Positions 8,701-18,009 of a DNA stretch of 51,951 nt are shown here, piece by piece. The position numbers were made by a program, and so were the translations under genes. This DNA is from Thermoproteota archaeon (GTDB lineage Archaea; Korarchaeota; Korarchaeia; Korarchaeales; Korarchaeaceae): the NCBI GenBank assembly GCA_015522685.1, contig WALU01000005.1, positions 1 to 51,951 of the forward strand, given 5' to 3'. Within the stretch, counting starts at the first letter, position 1, and the number at the start of each line of letters is the position of its first letter. The notes beneath the pieces were generated by a model, which did no database searches, had not been told where the DNA came from, and was given only the letters and a program-made list of their open reading frames with translations.

Positions 8701-10563
8701 TTGATGAAGAGTGGCTGGACAGGTAAGATCCTCAGGATAGATCTCTCTCGAAGAAAGAGTGTTGTTCAAGATTTGGATCCTAAAGTGGCTGTGGAATTCT
8801 TGGGGGGGAGAGGGCTTGCAATAAAGACCCTTTGGGATGAGCTGCCGCCCGGCACAGATCCTTTATCTCCAGATAATCCCCTGATATTTGCTACAGGTCC
8901 ATTGACAGGAATAACAATGCCAAGTAGCGGTAAAATGGTTATCGCAGCGAAATCTCCCTTAACCGGTGGCTATGGAGATGGGAATATAGGAACGAAGGCA
9001 TCTATACAGCTCAAGAAAGCAGGCTATGATGCAATAATTGTGACTGGCAAGGCCGACGATCACTCAATGATAGCAATAAATGATGGTAATATTGAGATAG
9101 AACCTGCTAAAGATTTATGGGGCTTAGATACATATAAGGCCCAAGACGAGCTTGAAGCTCGGTATGGAAAGAATTCAGGTATCCTTGTGATAGGACCTGC
9201 TGGTGAGAACCTAGTTAAGATATCTGTAGTTACATCTGAGAAGGGGAGAGCAGGTGGAAGGCCCGGAATAGGCGCTGTAATGGGTTCAAAGAATCTTAAA
9301 GCCTTGGTGATAACGGGATCCAAGGAAATACCTCTCGATAATCCTAGGGAGGTAATTAGATTAGGAGCTGAGGCATTCAAAGATGTGAAATCCAAAGAAA
9401 GTTATGATTTTTGGATTAGGCAAGGAACAATGGCTACAGTCGAATGGGCCAACGAAAATAGCGCTCTGCCCACTCATAACTTCAATGAAGGAGTATTTGA
9501 TGGATTTGAAAAGATAGGCGGGAACTCCATGGAGAGGATATATAAAGTCTCTCAGAAAGGATGTCCGAACTGCAATATGCCATGTGGTAATATAACAGAG
9601 ATAAGGGAGGGGCCATATCAAGGAAGAAGAACGGAAGTAGATTATGAGAATGTAGCTATGAATGGATCGAACTTAGGTATAGATGATATGAACTGGGTTA
9701 TGACACTTAACCTTTACGCTGATGAGATGGGATTAGATTCTATCAGCATGGGATCTACTCTAGCCTTCGCTACAGAGGCCGTTGAGAGAGGTCTTATAAG
9801 CAAGGAGGAGATTGGTGTCAATTTAGAATGGGGTAATGGTCCCGCAATGCTGGAGATGGCTAAGAAAATTGCAAGCAGAGATGGATTTGGTAATGTACTT
9901 TCTGAGGGCGTTGCTTATGCAGCAACTAGGTTAGGTAGAGAAGCTAACAAGTTTGCTATACATGTGAAGGGATTAGAAACCAGTGCCTATGACTGTCATG
10001 CTTACATAGGAATGGCATTAGCTTATGGAACCAGTCCTATAGGGGCTCATCATAAAGATGCATGGTTCATCTCTATAGAAGTAAGAGAAGGAAGGAGTAT
10101 AGCCAGTAAGGAGAGAGTAGAAAAGCTGGTCTGGATGCAAAATGTAAGAGGTGGCTTCTTTGAGAGTGCTGTGGCTTGCAGACTTCCATGGATAGAATTA
10201 GGATTAGATTTAGAGTGGTATCCGAAGTTCCTCAAAGCAGCTACAGGATTAGATTATACATGGGATGACTTGTATACAATATCAAATAGGATATACTCGC
10301 TTATAAGAGCCTTCTGGATAAGAGAGAAGGGAGGGTGGAGCAGAAGCATGGATTACCCACCAATCAGGTGGTTTAAGGATCCTCTTACCAAGGGACCGCT
10401 AGCAGGGACGAGGCTAGACAGAGAATCTTATGATAAGATGCTAGATTGGTACTATGAGATAAGAGGATGGCATGGAAATGGTATACCTAAAAAAGGCACC
10501 TTAAAGAACCTCGGCTTAGAATTCGTGATACCTCAGCTGAGGAAAGTAGTAAATCTAGAATAA
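8701..10563 (+). CDS. for: Tungsten-containing aldehyde:ferredoxin oxidoreductase, FOR subfamily
   Basis: GGRG, KSPLTGGYGDGNIG, GRPGIGAVMGSK, CPNCNMPC, DYEN, GAHHKDAW; closely matches my recollection of Pyrococcus FOR. Confidence 0.9.
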   Translation: MMKSGWTGKILRIDLSRRKSVVQDLDPKVAVEFLGGRGLAIKTLWDELPPGTDPLSPDNPLIFATGPLTGITMPSSGKMVIAAKSPLTGGYGDGNIGTKASIQLKKAGYDAIIVTGKADDHSMIAINDGNIEIEPAKDLWGLDTYKAQDELEARYGKNSGILVIGPAGENLVKISVVTSEKGRAGGRPGIGAVMGSKNLKALVITGSKEIPLDNPREVIRLGAEAFKDVKSKESYDFWIRQGTMATVEWANENSALPTHNFNEGVFDGFEKIGGNSMERIYKVSQKGCPNCNMPCGNITEIREGPYQGRRTEVDYENVAMNGSNLGIDDMNWVMTLNLYADEMGLDSISMGSTLAFATEAVERGLISKEEIGVNLEWGNGPAMLEMAKKIASRDGFGNVLSEGVAYAATRLGREANKFAIHVKGLETSAYDCHAYIGMALAYGTSPIGAHHKDAWFISIEVREGRSIASKERVEKLVWMQNVRGGFFESAVACRLPWIELGLDLEWYPKFLKAATGLDYTWDDLYTISNRIYSLIRAFWIREKGGWSRSMDYPPIRWFKDPLTKGPLAGTRLDRESYDKMLDWYYEIRGWHGNGIPKKGTLKNLGLEFVIPQLRKVVNLE

Positions 10564-10634
10564 ATTATATGTAAATAAGGCTCCTAGATAAGCCAAGATG
10601 TATCTTAGAGATGGATTAGAATACAGAAATAGGG

Positions 10635-11324
10635 CTAAGAATGAGCTTGCAATAATGCCTGAGGTTGGTGGTGGATAAAGAAGTTATAAGCTTTGGATAT
10701 AGAGGAGTAGATGACCCCTGCTATAATAGGAGGCCATTCCTCCCTTCTTATTTCTCCTATTTCTATCTTACTATTTCTCAATTGTTTAACCATTGTTCTT
10801 ACCTTTCCTACTTCTCTAAACCAATGAGCATCGCTTCCCCCAATCCCTGGTATTCCAGATTTCTCAGAAAATATTTTGGCTTTTCTATTATTCCAAGAGG
10901 GAGTTCTACCATTTTCTACTTCTATGAAATCTACCTTATGGATGATCTTTTTAGTGTATTCACCAAGCGCCCCCCTTCTCTTCCTATCGAACGGATGAGG
11001 TATTGTTGTTATACCTCCTTGCTCTTTAATGAGATCTATAGTCTCCTCAGGACTGAGGCCTTTCTTTATCTTCTCCGTTAAAAAAAGTCCTATTATGTCC
11101 CCTCTACTAGTTTTTACTTCTTCTCCCACTATCACCGTTATATCAATGTCTGAAAGTTTAGCCTCTTTTATCATCTCTAGTGCCCCCTCTATCTCATTGT
11201 GATCAGTAATCGCTATTACCTTAAGTCCTTTCTTAGATGAAGCCTTTAGAATATCTTTAGGGCGGCTCATGGAATCTCTAGACCAATAAGTATGTATATG
11301 AAAGTCTGCCCACATATCCTTCAT
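10635..11324 (-). CDS. PHP-domain metal-dependent phosphoesterase
   Basis: DFHIHT, ITDHN, GEEV, PHP, GGSDAH. Confidence 0.9.
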   Translation of the reverse strand: MKDMWADFHIHTYWSRDSMSRPKDILKASSKKGLKVIAITDHNEIEGALEMIKEAKLSDIDITVIVGEEVKTSRGDIIGLFLTEKIKKGLSPEETIDLIKEQGGITTIPHPFDRKRRGALGEYTKKIIHKVDFIEVENGRTPSWNNRKAKIFSEKSGIPGIGGSDAHWFREVGKVRTMVKQLRNSKIEIGEIRREEWPPIIAGVIYSSISKAYNFFIHHQPQALLQAHS

Positions 11325-11335
11325 CTCTTTACTCT

Positions 11336-11749
11336 TTATATAGAATATTCCATTCCCTCACTGCCCTTCTTCTGCTCAGTAGGAGCTGGAAGTGAAGGCA
11401 AAGGTGGAGGGACCCCGACAGATCGACAAAGCAAGACTGCTTCCGAAAAACCTGCTGTATAAACGCTCTGAATAACTGGTTGAGGTATCTTACCTGACTT
11501 AAGGTCCTTAATCAACCTCTCTATTTCATCTTTCTTACCACTCACGAGGATTCTTCCTTCCACTGTTATCCTAGCAATAGAAGGTTGGTACCCTATATCC
11601 AAGAGAAACATTCCCTTAGCCTTTTCGCCAGATCCTTCTATCTTACCCACATTAATATTCATTGATATCTGTAAATTCCCTGGCAGAGGATCTTCAGGCT
11701 CAACAAACCTCTCAGCCTGAACACTCGTTACCCTAACTGCTATATTCAT
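11336..11749 (-). CDS. Hypothetical protein (possible SecB-like fold)
   Basis: GAGGTGA RBS; beta-strand pattern, then helices, then VPPPLP. Confidence 0.7.
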   Translation of the reverse strand: MNIAVRVTSVQAERFVEPEDPLPGNLQISMNINVGKIEGSGEKAKGMFLLDIGYQPSIARITVEGRILVSGKKDEIERLIKDLKSGKIPQPVIQSVYTAGFSEAVLLCRSVGVPPPLPSLPAPTEQKKGSEGMEYSI

Positions 11750-11841
11750 GCTTATCTATCTCACCTCTTACATGAGCCTTTTAATCCTGTCCCTTAGGTG
11801 AAAGTTTTTCGCTATTATGCACCATCCTATGCGGCGATGAC

Positions 11842-12102
11842 ATGAAGGCCAGGAAGAGAGATATTGAAGATGAGGAAGAATTCATTCCAGTTAAGATAGT
11901 AACAGCCGCTATAAAGGCCATGCCACCTGTAACATTAGCTGATGAATTAGCTAAGGCTGATCAGGAGCACCCCAAGTATGAGGACGCGGTAGATAGTTCA
12001 GAGATGAGAACCTTCGTGCTAGGGTATTCTAAAGAGAGAGGCCTCAGAGCATATGAAAACTGGTTGAGATTTAATTCCAAGATCAAGGAGACCTCCTTTT
12101 AA
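11842..12102 (+). CDS. Small hypothetical protein
   Basis: Fills the gap upstream of the IMPase gene on the same strand; protein-like charged composition. Confidence 0.65.
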   Translation: MKARKRDIEDEEEFIPVKIVTAAIKAMPPVTLADELAKADQEHPKYEDAVDSSEMRTFVLGYSKERGLRAYENWLRFNSKIKETSF

Positions 12103-12119
12103 TTTTTGAGGGGAGTTCC

Positions 12120-12884
12120 ATGCTGACAATAGAGGATCTCGTGAACTTAGCTTTAAGAATAAAGGAGAGAGCTCGCACTTACATTGGAGCGGATAAGGAG
12201 TTTTCCTACATAAGCGCAGGCGGCGATACCGCTAGAGCTATAGATGAGGCTGCTCAAGAGGAGTTATCTAAATGGCTAACTGAAAGGAGAGGCTATCCAG
12301 ATATATTAAGCGAAGAAAGCGGCCTTATAAGGGGGAAGGAGCAAGGCGTCTTGCTAATAGATCCAATAGATGGAAGTTCGAACGCTGATAGAGGGATCCC
12401 CTTTGCTTGCGTGTCAATAGCTTATTCATCTTCCTACTCCCTCAAGTTTCTAAGCAAGGCTGTTATCCTTGACATATTTAGGGAGGACCTCTATTATGCC
12501 GAGAAGAGTTCAGGATCGTTTAAGAATGGATCTAGAATCAAGGTTAGGAAATTTAGAGGTACTCCTGTAATATATGCCCCCTGCCAGCCCGATGATCCTC
12601 TTATTAGAAGAACGACATTAAAGCATATAGCTAGGAGGGATCTGGGCTCTATAGCTCTGGGTCTCACTTACGTTGCAAGTGGCCAGATAGATGTTCTTAT
12701 TGATTTGAGGAATAATTTAAGAGTAGTAGACCTAGCTGCCGGTCTTCTCCTAGTTAAGGAAGCAGGTGGATCTGTTTATGTAAATACTATGAGCATAAGG
12801 GGATTGAAGAGATCCCTTTCTGTAGTAGCTGGAACTAAAGAGGCTATTAGAAGCTTAATGATTCCATCATTAGAGGAGCTATAA
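12120..12884 (+). CDS. suhB: Inositol monophosphatase / FBPase family protein
   Basis: LSEESG, IDPIDGSSN, GSIAL...VASG, DLAAGLLLVKEAGG. Confidence 0.88.
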   Translation: MLTIEDLVNLALRIKERARTYIGADKEFSYISAGGDTARAIDEAAQEELSKWLTERRGYPDILSEESGLIRGKEQGVLLIDPIDGSSNADRGIPFACVSIAYSSSYSLKFLSKAVILDIFREDLYYAEKSSGSFKNGSRIKVRKFRGTPVIYAPCQPDDPLIRRTTLKHIARRDLGSIALGLTYVASGQIDVLIDLRNNLRVVDLAAGLLLVKEAGGSVYVNTMSIRGLKRSLSVVAGTKEAIRSLMIPSLEEL

Positions 12885-12887
12885 TGA

Positions 12888-12960
12888 AGCCCCGGGGGGG
12901 ACTTGAACCCCCGACCTGCCGCTTACAAGGCGGCCGCTCTGCCGATTGAGCTACCAGGGC
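12888..12960 (-). tRNA. tRNA-Thr(TGT)
   Basis: Cloverleaf GCCCTGG/CCGGGGC acceptor, GCCGC-CTTGTAA-GCGGC anticodon arm, GGTTCAAGTCC T-arm. Confidence 0.95.
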
Positions 12961-13022
12961 CAATTCTTAGTTCAGCCAATTTAAATATAAGTTTTGATTT
13001 GCTTTGATCAAAATCAAATTAA

Positions 13023-14411
13023 TCAGCATTTATCTGTATGTTGGTTTCTTCTTAGATTGAATTCCTTATGTACTAATCTCACGGCTTCTTCTCCATCTTC
13101 ATCAGCAACTACGAAGGATATATTTGTCTCTGATGATCCCTGAGATATCATCTTAACGTTTATCCCCTTTGATGAAATTGCCCTAAATACTCTAGCTGCT
13201 ACGCCAGGAGTTCCTCTCATTCCGGAGCCAATAGCAGCTACGACGGCACAGTTCCTATCAAGCAGAACTTCTCTAAAGATGGGGCCGAGCAGTTTCGTCT
13301 CTACTAAAGCTCTAGCCTTACCAACTTCCTTTTTACTGAGGACTATTGAGATATCTGACTCTGATATGCTCTGGGATATCATAAGGATATTCAGCATATT
13401 TTCACCTAGTAGAGAGAAAAGCTTGGCTGAAGTACCTGGTCTTCCGATCATACCTGTCCCTTTAACAGTTAAGATCGACACATTTCTCATCAATTCCACG
13501 GCTTTAACTACATTCTCCTCAATCACGCTTCTTCTAGAGATTAATGTACCCTGGCATCTCTTATTATAGAAGTTTCTTATCCTCACAGGGGTATTTGTGG
13601 TTATAGCAGGCTCTAAAAAACGAGGATGCATATTTTTGGCGCCAAAGTGAGCTAGCTCTATTGCCTCCTGATAGGATGCCTGTTTTATTACCCTAGCATC
13701 TCTCACAATCTTGGGATCAGCAGTCAATAGCCCATCTACATCGGTCCACAGCCATACTTCCCTAGATTCTAGAGATGAGCCAAGTAGAACTGCAGTAAGA
13801 TCGCTTCCTCCTCTGCCTAGCGTAGTTATTTTCCCCTCTTGAGATACTCCAGAGAATCCAGCAACTATTGGTAGCATGGAGTCTATGATAGGGAGCAGCT
13901 TCTTTCTGACGTAGGTCTTAGTAGCCATTAGAAGGGGGTTTGCCTCGCCATGAAAGTCATCTGTTATTATACCTGCTTCTCCACCCGTGAAGAATCTAGC
14001 TTTGATCTTCTTCTTATTCAATAATTCTGTGAGAATCTCGCCCGACAGATTCTCTCCTAAGGAAGAGATAAAATCCATGAGTCTAGGTGTTATTTCCCCT
14101 GTGTATGTAATCCCTAATAGGACCCTCTCAAGTTTCCTGAGTTCTTCCTTTACATTATCGCAGTTAAGTTCTAATTCTTCGCATATACCTAGGTGCCTAT
14201 CTCTTATTTTACTTAAGATCTCCATGACCTTACTCTCCTTTCCACTGGCTGCCAGCCCTCCAAGCATTAGGAGATCATCAGTAACGCCTTTCATAGCAGA
14301 TACTACTGCCACAATTCTCTCTTCATTTACATTCTCCGCTAAGTATTCAGATACCTCTAAGATATCGGAAGAGTCTTTGAGAATGGACCCTCCAAACTTC
14401 ATAACTAGCAA
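13023..14411 (-). CDS. lysC: Aspartate kinase with ACT domains
   Basis: KFGGS, VVSAM, TTLGRGGSD, DVDG...DP, two ACT repeats. Confidence 0.95.
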   Translation of the reverse strand: MLVMKFGGSILKDSSDILEVSEYLAENVNEERIVAVVSAMKGVTDDLLMLGGLAASGKESKVMEILSKIRDRHLGICEELELNCDNVKEELRKLERVLLGITYTGEITPRLMDFISSLGENLSGEILTELLNKKKIKARFFTGGEAGIITDDFHGEANPLLMATKTYVRKKLLPIIDSMLPIVAGFSGVSQEGKITTLGRGGSDLTAVLLGSSLESREVWLWTDVDGLLTADPKIVRDARVIKQASYQEAIELAHFGAKNMHPRFLEPAITTNTPVRIRNFYNKRCQGTLISRRSVIEENVVKAVELMRNVSILTVKGTGMIGRPGTSAKLFSLLGENMLNILMISQSISESDISIVLSKKEVGKARALVETKLLGPIFREVLLDRNCAVVAAIGSGMRGTPGVAARVFRAISSKGINVKMISQGSSETNISFVVADEDGEEAVRLVHKEFNLRRNQHTDKC

Positions 14412-15418
14412 GGTTTCTCACCTCTCATATACATCTTCAGCTCTACAAGATCCCTTATGAGGGCCGCTGCCGTCTCTCTCCCCCCTGCTCCTTTTCCAAC
14501 GAGTGTATGTCTTCCAGATATTTCGGCCGTAAAAGACACGGCATTTAAAGCATCTGAAACTGCTAGAGGATCACTTTTATCTATCTCCTCAGGCTGGACC
14601 TTTAGATCAGAATCATCAGCAGAAGCGATCAGTCTTATTGTTTTTCCCTTGAAGAGTAGCTCTTTAGAGATCTCTACATTTCTGATACCCTTCACTCTCA
14701 CATCATTCATAGTAACTCCAAGATCCATGGCCCAATTGGATAATATAACGAGCTTAGCTGCCGAGTCCCAGCCATCTATATCAGCGCTAGGATCAGCTTC
14801 CGCATACCCAAGTCTTCTCGCTTCTTCCAATGCTATCCTAAAGGATAAACCTTCCTCCATTCTATTAAGTATGTAATTGGAAGTTCCATTTATAACACCT
14901 CTTATAGAGAGTATTCTCTCCCCAGATAAGCACTTCTTCACGAACCTCAAGAAAGGCGTACCCCCACCAACTGCTCCGCTAAAGAGGAGCTTAAGCCCTT
15001 TATTTCGGAACATTTCAAGAAGAGCCGGCATTTCCCATGCTAGAGGACCTTTATTTGATGTTATCACATGTTTCCCTGATATGAGGGCTGCTTTTAAGTA
15101 AGATAGACTAGGTTCCCCATTCGTTAGGTTAGAAGGAGTCACATCCACCAATACCTCAGCGTCAATCTCCCTCACTAAGCCGGCGGATTCCATATCAACT
15201 TCATCAGGATGTCCCTCAAGGGTCCCTCTTTCTTCCTTATACCTAATGAGGCTCCCTGTATCTATCCCTTCAGGATTATATATCCTAGCTTTGGAGTTAG
15301 CTACCGCCACAATTGATGGATTTATCCCATAACTCTCGTATAAATCTCTTCTTTCTATCTTCAGCTGTTCAAGGAAAGCTCTGCCAACAACGCCTAACCC
15401 TAAGAGGATAAGTCGCAT
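14405..15418 (-). CDS. hom: Homoserine dehydrogenase
   Basis: GLGVVG, TSNKGP, AVGGGTP, NGTSNYIL, GYAEADP..DIDG.D.AAK, GAGGRETA. Confidence 0.95.
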   Translation of the reverse strand: MRLILLGLGVVGRAFLEQLKIERRDLYESYGINPSIVAVANSKARIYNPEGIDTGSLIRYKEERGTLEGHPDEVDMESAGLVREIDAEVLVDVTPSNLTNGEPSLSYLKAALISGKHVITSNKGPLAWEMPALLEMFRNKGLKLLFSGAVGGGTPFLRFVKKCLSGERILSIRGVINGTSNYILNRMEEGLSFRIALEEARRLGYAEADPSADIDGWDSAAKLVILSNWAMDLGVTMNDVRVKGIRNVEISKELLFKGKTIRLIASADDSDLKVQPEEIDKSDPLAVSDALNAVSFTAEISGRHTLVGKGAGGRETAAALIRDLVELKMYMRGEKPC

Positions 15419-15544
15419 AATGCTCTTTAGTCCCTTGATACAAAAAAGTTGCTCATCACCTTGATCGAAAGTTCCTAGAGGAAAATTGATGTATATTTAG
15501 AAATAAATATATTTGTGTATGGCAAATCTAAATGGGTGATATGA

Positions 15545-15883
15545 TTGCTATCTACCATGGCTCAAGTTTCTCTCAAGCTCATGCAATTTGGACCTATTGG
15601 ATGGTCAGAACTTCTATTAATAATCCTGATAGCTCTCTTGCTCTTTGGACCTAGAAAACTTCCTGAATTAGCCAGATCTATGGGTGATGCGATAAACGAG
15701 TTTAGAAAAGCTAGCAGTGGCATTACTACTAGTGGAGAGGAAGAGAAAAAGGAAAAGAGTGAATCTAAAAAGAGTAACGAAATAAGGCAGCTAGCCTTAA
15801 ACCTTGGTATAGATGTGACAGGAAAGACCGATGAAGAGCTGATGGAAGAGATAAAATCCCTAGCAAAGAAAGGAAAAGCCTAA
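15545..15883 (+). CDS. tatA: Twin-arginine translocase TatA
   Basis: IGWSELLLIILIALLLFGPRKLPELARSMG...EFRK. Confidence 0.93.
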   Translation: MLSTMAQVSLKLMQFGPIGWSELLLIILIALLLFGPRKLPELARSMGDAINEFRKASSGITTSGEEEKKEKSESKKSNEIRQLALNLGIDVTGKTDEELMEEIKSLAKKGKA

Positions 15884-15889
15884 TTCTTT

Positions 15890-16705
15890 TTATCTCGGTC
15901 TGTACATTTTTTTAGCGATCCAATAGGAGAGAGCATATAGCATTATGAAGGGAACAGACAAAGCAGTCATGGATACTGGAGTAGGATCCGGTGTTATTAT
16001 AGCCGTGAAGACTGCTATACCAAAAATTACATATCTCCAGTTCTTTTTCAGTATCTGAGGAGTTATTAGGTCAAGATATGCAGCTAACCCTATGAGAAGT
16101 GGAAATGTGAAGGATAAGCCAGTAGTTAGCATCCCTAATATTGCAAAGGAGAAAAACTCCTTAACAGAGAATATCAACTCAACCCCTCCAAGAAGGTAGA
16201 GCCATGATAGGAAGAAGAATGTAAAAGGAAGTACAACGTAGTATGCGTAAATAATCCCTGCTGTAAACAGTATCAGAAATCCGAGAGAAAAAGGCACCAT
16301 TACTTTTTTCTCCCTTTCCTCTAATGCAGGCCCTAGATATTCATAAATCTGTTTTGCTATATAAGGAGATGCTATTATGAGCCCTATAAGGAAGGAAAGT
16401 TCAAGTATTATTTCTATAGAATCGAGCCAGCTATGAGCTATCAATTGGACTGTAAGATTCTTAACCCTGAAGAAGGAAGCTATTGGTCTGATAATGGGAT
16501 TATCCACATTTGTTAAATCATATTGCATTTTTTTCATGAGATAGAAAACAAGGGGAGTATATCCCTGCAAATTATTATTAAATAATTGAGCAGGAATTAT
16601 CACTGCTATACCAGATGTTATCAAAAGTAGTATTATTATTCTTCTTAGCCTCTCAAGAAGCTCAATAATGTGCTCTTGCAGTGGTGCTTCTCTATTCTCC
16701 GCCAA
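15890..16705 (-). CDS. tatC: Twin-arginine translocase TatC
   Basis: PL.EH..EL..RL, PAL...E, WRY, AIITPDP. Confidence 0.93.
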   Translation of the reverse strand: MAENREAPLQEHIIELLERLRRIIILLLITSGIAVIIPAQLFNNNLQGYTPLVFYLMKKMQYDLTNVDNPIIRPIASFFRVKNLTVQLIAHSWLDSIEIILELSFLIGLIIASPYIAKQIYEYLGPALEEREKKVMVPFSLGFLILFTAGIIYAYYVVLPFTFFFLSWLYLLGGVELIFSVKEFFSFAILGMLTTGLSFTFPLLIGLAAYLDLITPQILKKNWRYVIFGIAVFTAIITPDPTPVSMTALSVPFIMLYALSYWIAKKMYRPR

Positions 16706-16767
16706 CTCAAACTCACTGAAGCTATAGATAGGAAAGCTAATTTATAGATTAACACCATTCTTCTCTG

Positions 16768-18009
16768 ATGAGTCGAATTTTCAAGAGTCTAACTAGTGCT
16801 GAGAATGCTCTCGAGAAGTTTTCTGGCTATATTCCTAGCATAGCAGCTGAGGAATTACCATTAAAGGATGCGTTAGGGAGGGTTTTAAGGGAAGATATTC
16901 ATTCACCAATGGATATACCCCCTTTCCACAGGGCTGCATTTGATGGATATGCTGTTAGATCGGTAGATACATTCGGTGCTTCTAGGAATAATCCTATAAC
17001 GCTCAAAGTTATAGGGGTTATCAGACCAGGAGACCAAGAGCAATACAATTTAGGTGAGCTAGAGACTGTAGAGATAGCTACTGGTGCTTACCTGCCTAAT
17101 AGAGCCGATGCTATAGTCCCTTTAGAGTATTCTAAGAGAGTTGGCGAGTTCGTGGAGGTAATAAAGCAGGTATCTCCTGGCGCTAACATCGATAGGAAAG
17201 GAAGTGATATAGAGAAAGGTACGCTAGTATTGAAGTCCGGAACTTATTTAGGTCCCTTTGAGATGCTCCTCCTCTCCTCGCTTAACATTACTCATGTCAG
17301 GGTAGCTAAGCTGCCGAGGATATCTGTGATAAGCACGGGAAATGAGTTAGTTGAGTTAGGATCTAAACTAAAAATGGGCCAGATAATTAATTCAAATATG
17401 TATATGGTATCTTCTCTACTTAATGGATTGGCTGAAGTTATATATAGAGGAATAGCTAGGGATGATGAATCCTCCTTAAAATCTCTGATCTCAGAGAGTT
17501 TGGAGGATGATCTCATAGTCACATTGGCCGGCACGAGCGTTGGTAAGAAAGATTTAGTACCTAAGGTAGTGGAGGATGTAGGTGGGATTATAATAGTCCA
17601 TGGATTGAGTATAATGCCAGGAAAGCCCACGCTTATTGCCATAATAGGAGAGACTCCCTTAGTAGGATTGCCAGGAATGCCTGTTTCTACTTCTGTATCT
17701 GCCATAGAGATACTCCTCCCAATCGTGAGTAAAATGCTAGGAATTAGGGGTGAAATCGTCTGGCCTAAAATCAGGGCGAAGTTGTCAAGGAGAATAGCAT
17801 CAAGGCCTGGTGTAAGGCATTATGTTAGAGTTAAGCTCTCCAAGAATAATGGGGAGGTAATAGCAACTCCTGTTAGAGTTAGTGGATCTGGCATAATAAG
17901 CTCACTTATTAAAGCCGATGGATTTGTCATAGTTCCGGAAAATGTTGAGGGATATGAAGAAGGACAAGAAGTTCAAGTATTAGTTTATAGGAGGTGGTTA
18001 GAGCTATGA
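16768..18009 (+). CDS. moeA: Molybdopterin molybdo/tungsto-transferase MoeA
   Basis: PPFHRAAFDGYA, IATGA, STGNEL, GTSVG..D, PGKPT, GLPG.P. Confidence 0.95.
   Translation: MSRIFKSLTSAENALEKFSGYIPSIAAEELPLKDALGRVLREDIHSPMDIPPFHRAAFDGYAVRSVDTFGASRNNPITLKVIGVIRPGDQEQYNLGELETVEIATGAYLPNRADAIVPLEYSKRVGEFVEVIKQVSPGANIDRKGSDIEKGTLVLKSGTYLGPFEMLLLSSLNITHVRVAKLPRISVISTGNELVELGSKLKMGQIINSNMYMVSSLLNGLAEVIYRGIARDDESSLKSLISESLEDDLIVTLAGTSVGKKDLVPKVVEDVGGIIIVHGLSIMPGKPTLIAIIGETPLVGLPGMPVSTSVSAIEILLPIVSKMLGIRGEIVWPKIRAKLSRRIASRPGVRHYVRVKLSKNNGEVIATPVRVSGSGIISSLIKADGFVIVPENVEGYEEGQEVQVLVYRRWLEL

Noticed and set aside
12990-13020. TTTGATTT...AAATCAAA inverted repeat after lysC
   Set aside because: AT-rich and weak; cannot be told apart from terminator or promoter sequence
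15419-15470. GTGATGA (box C-like) upstream of hom on the minus strand
   Set aside because: No downstream CTGA box D; looks like promoter sequence
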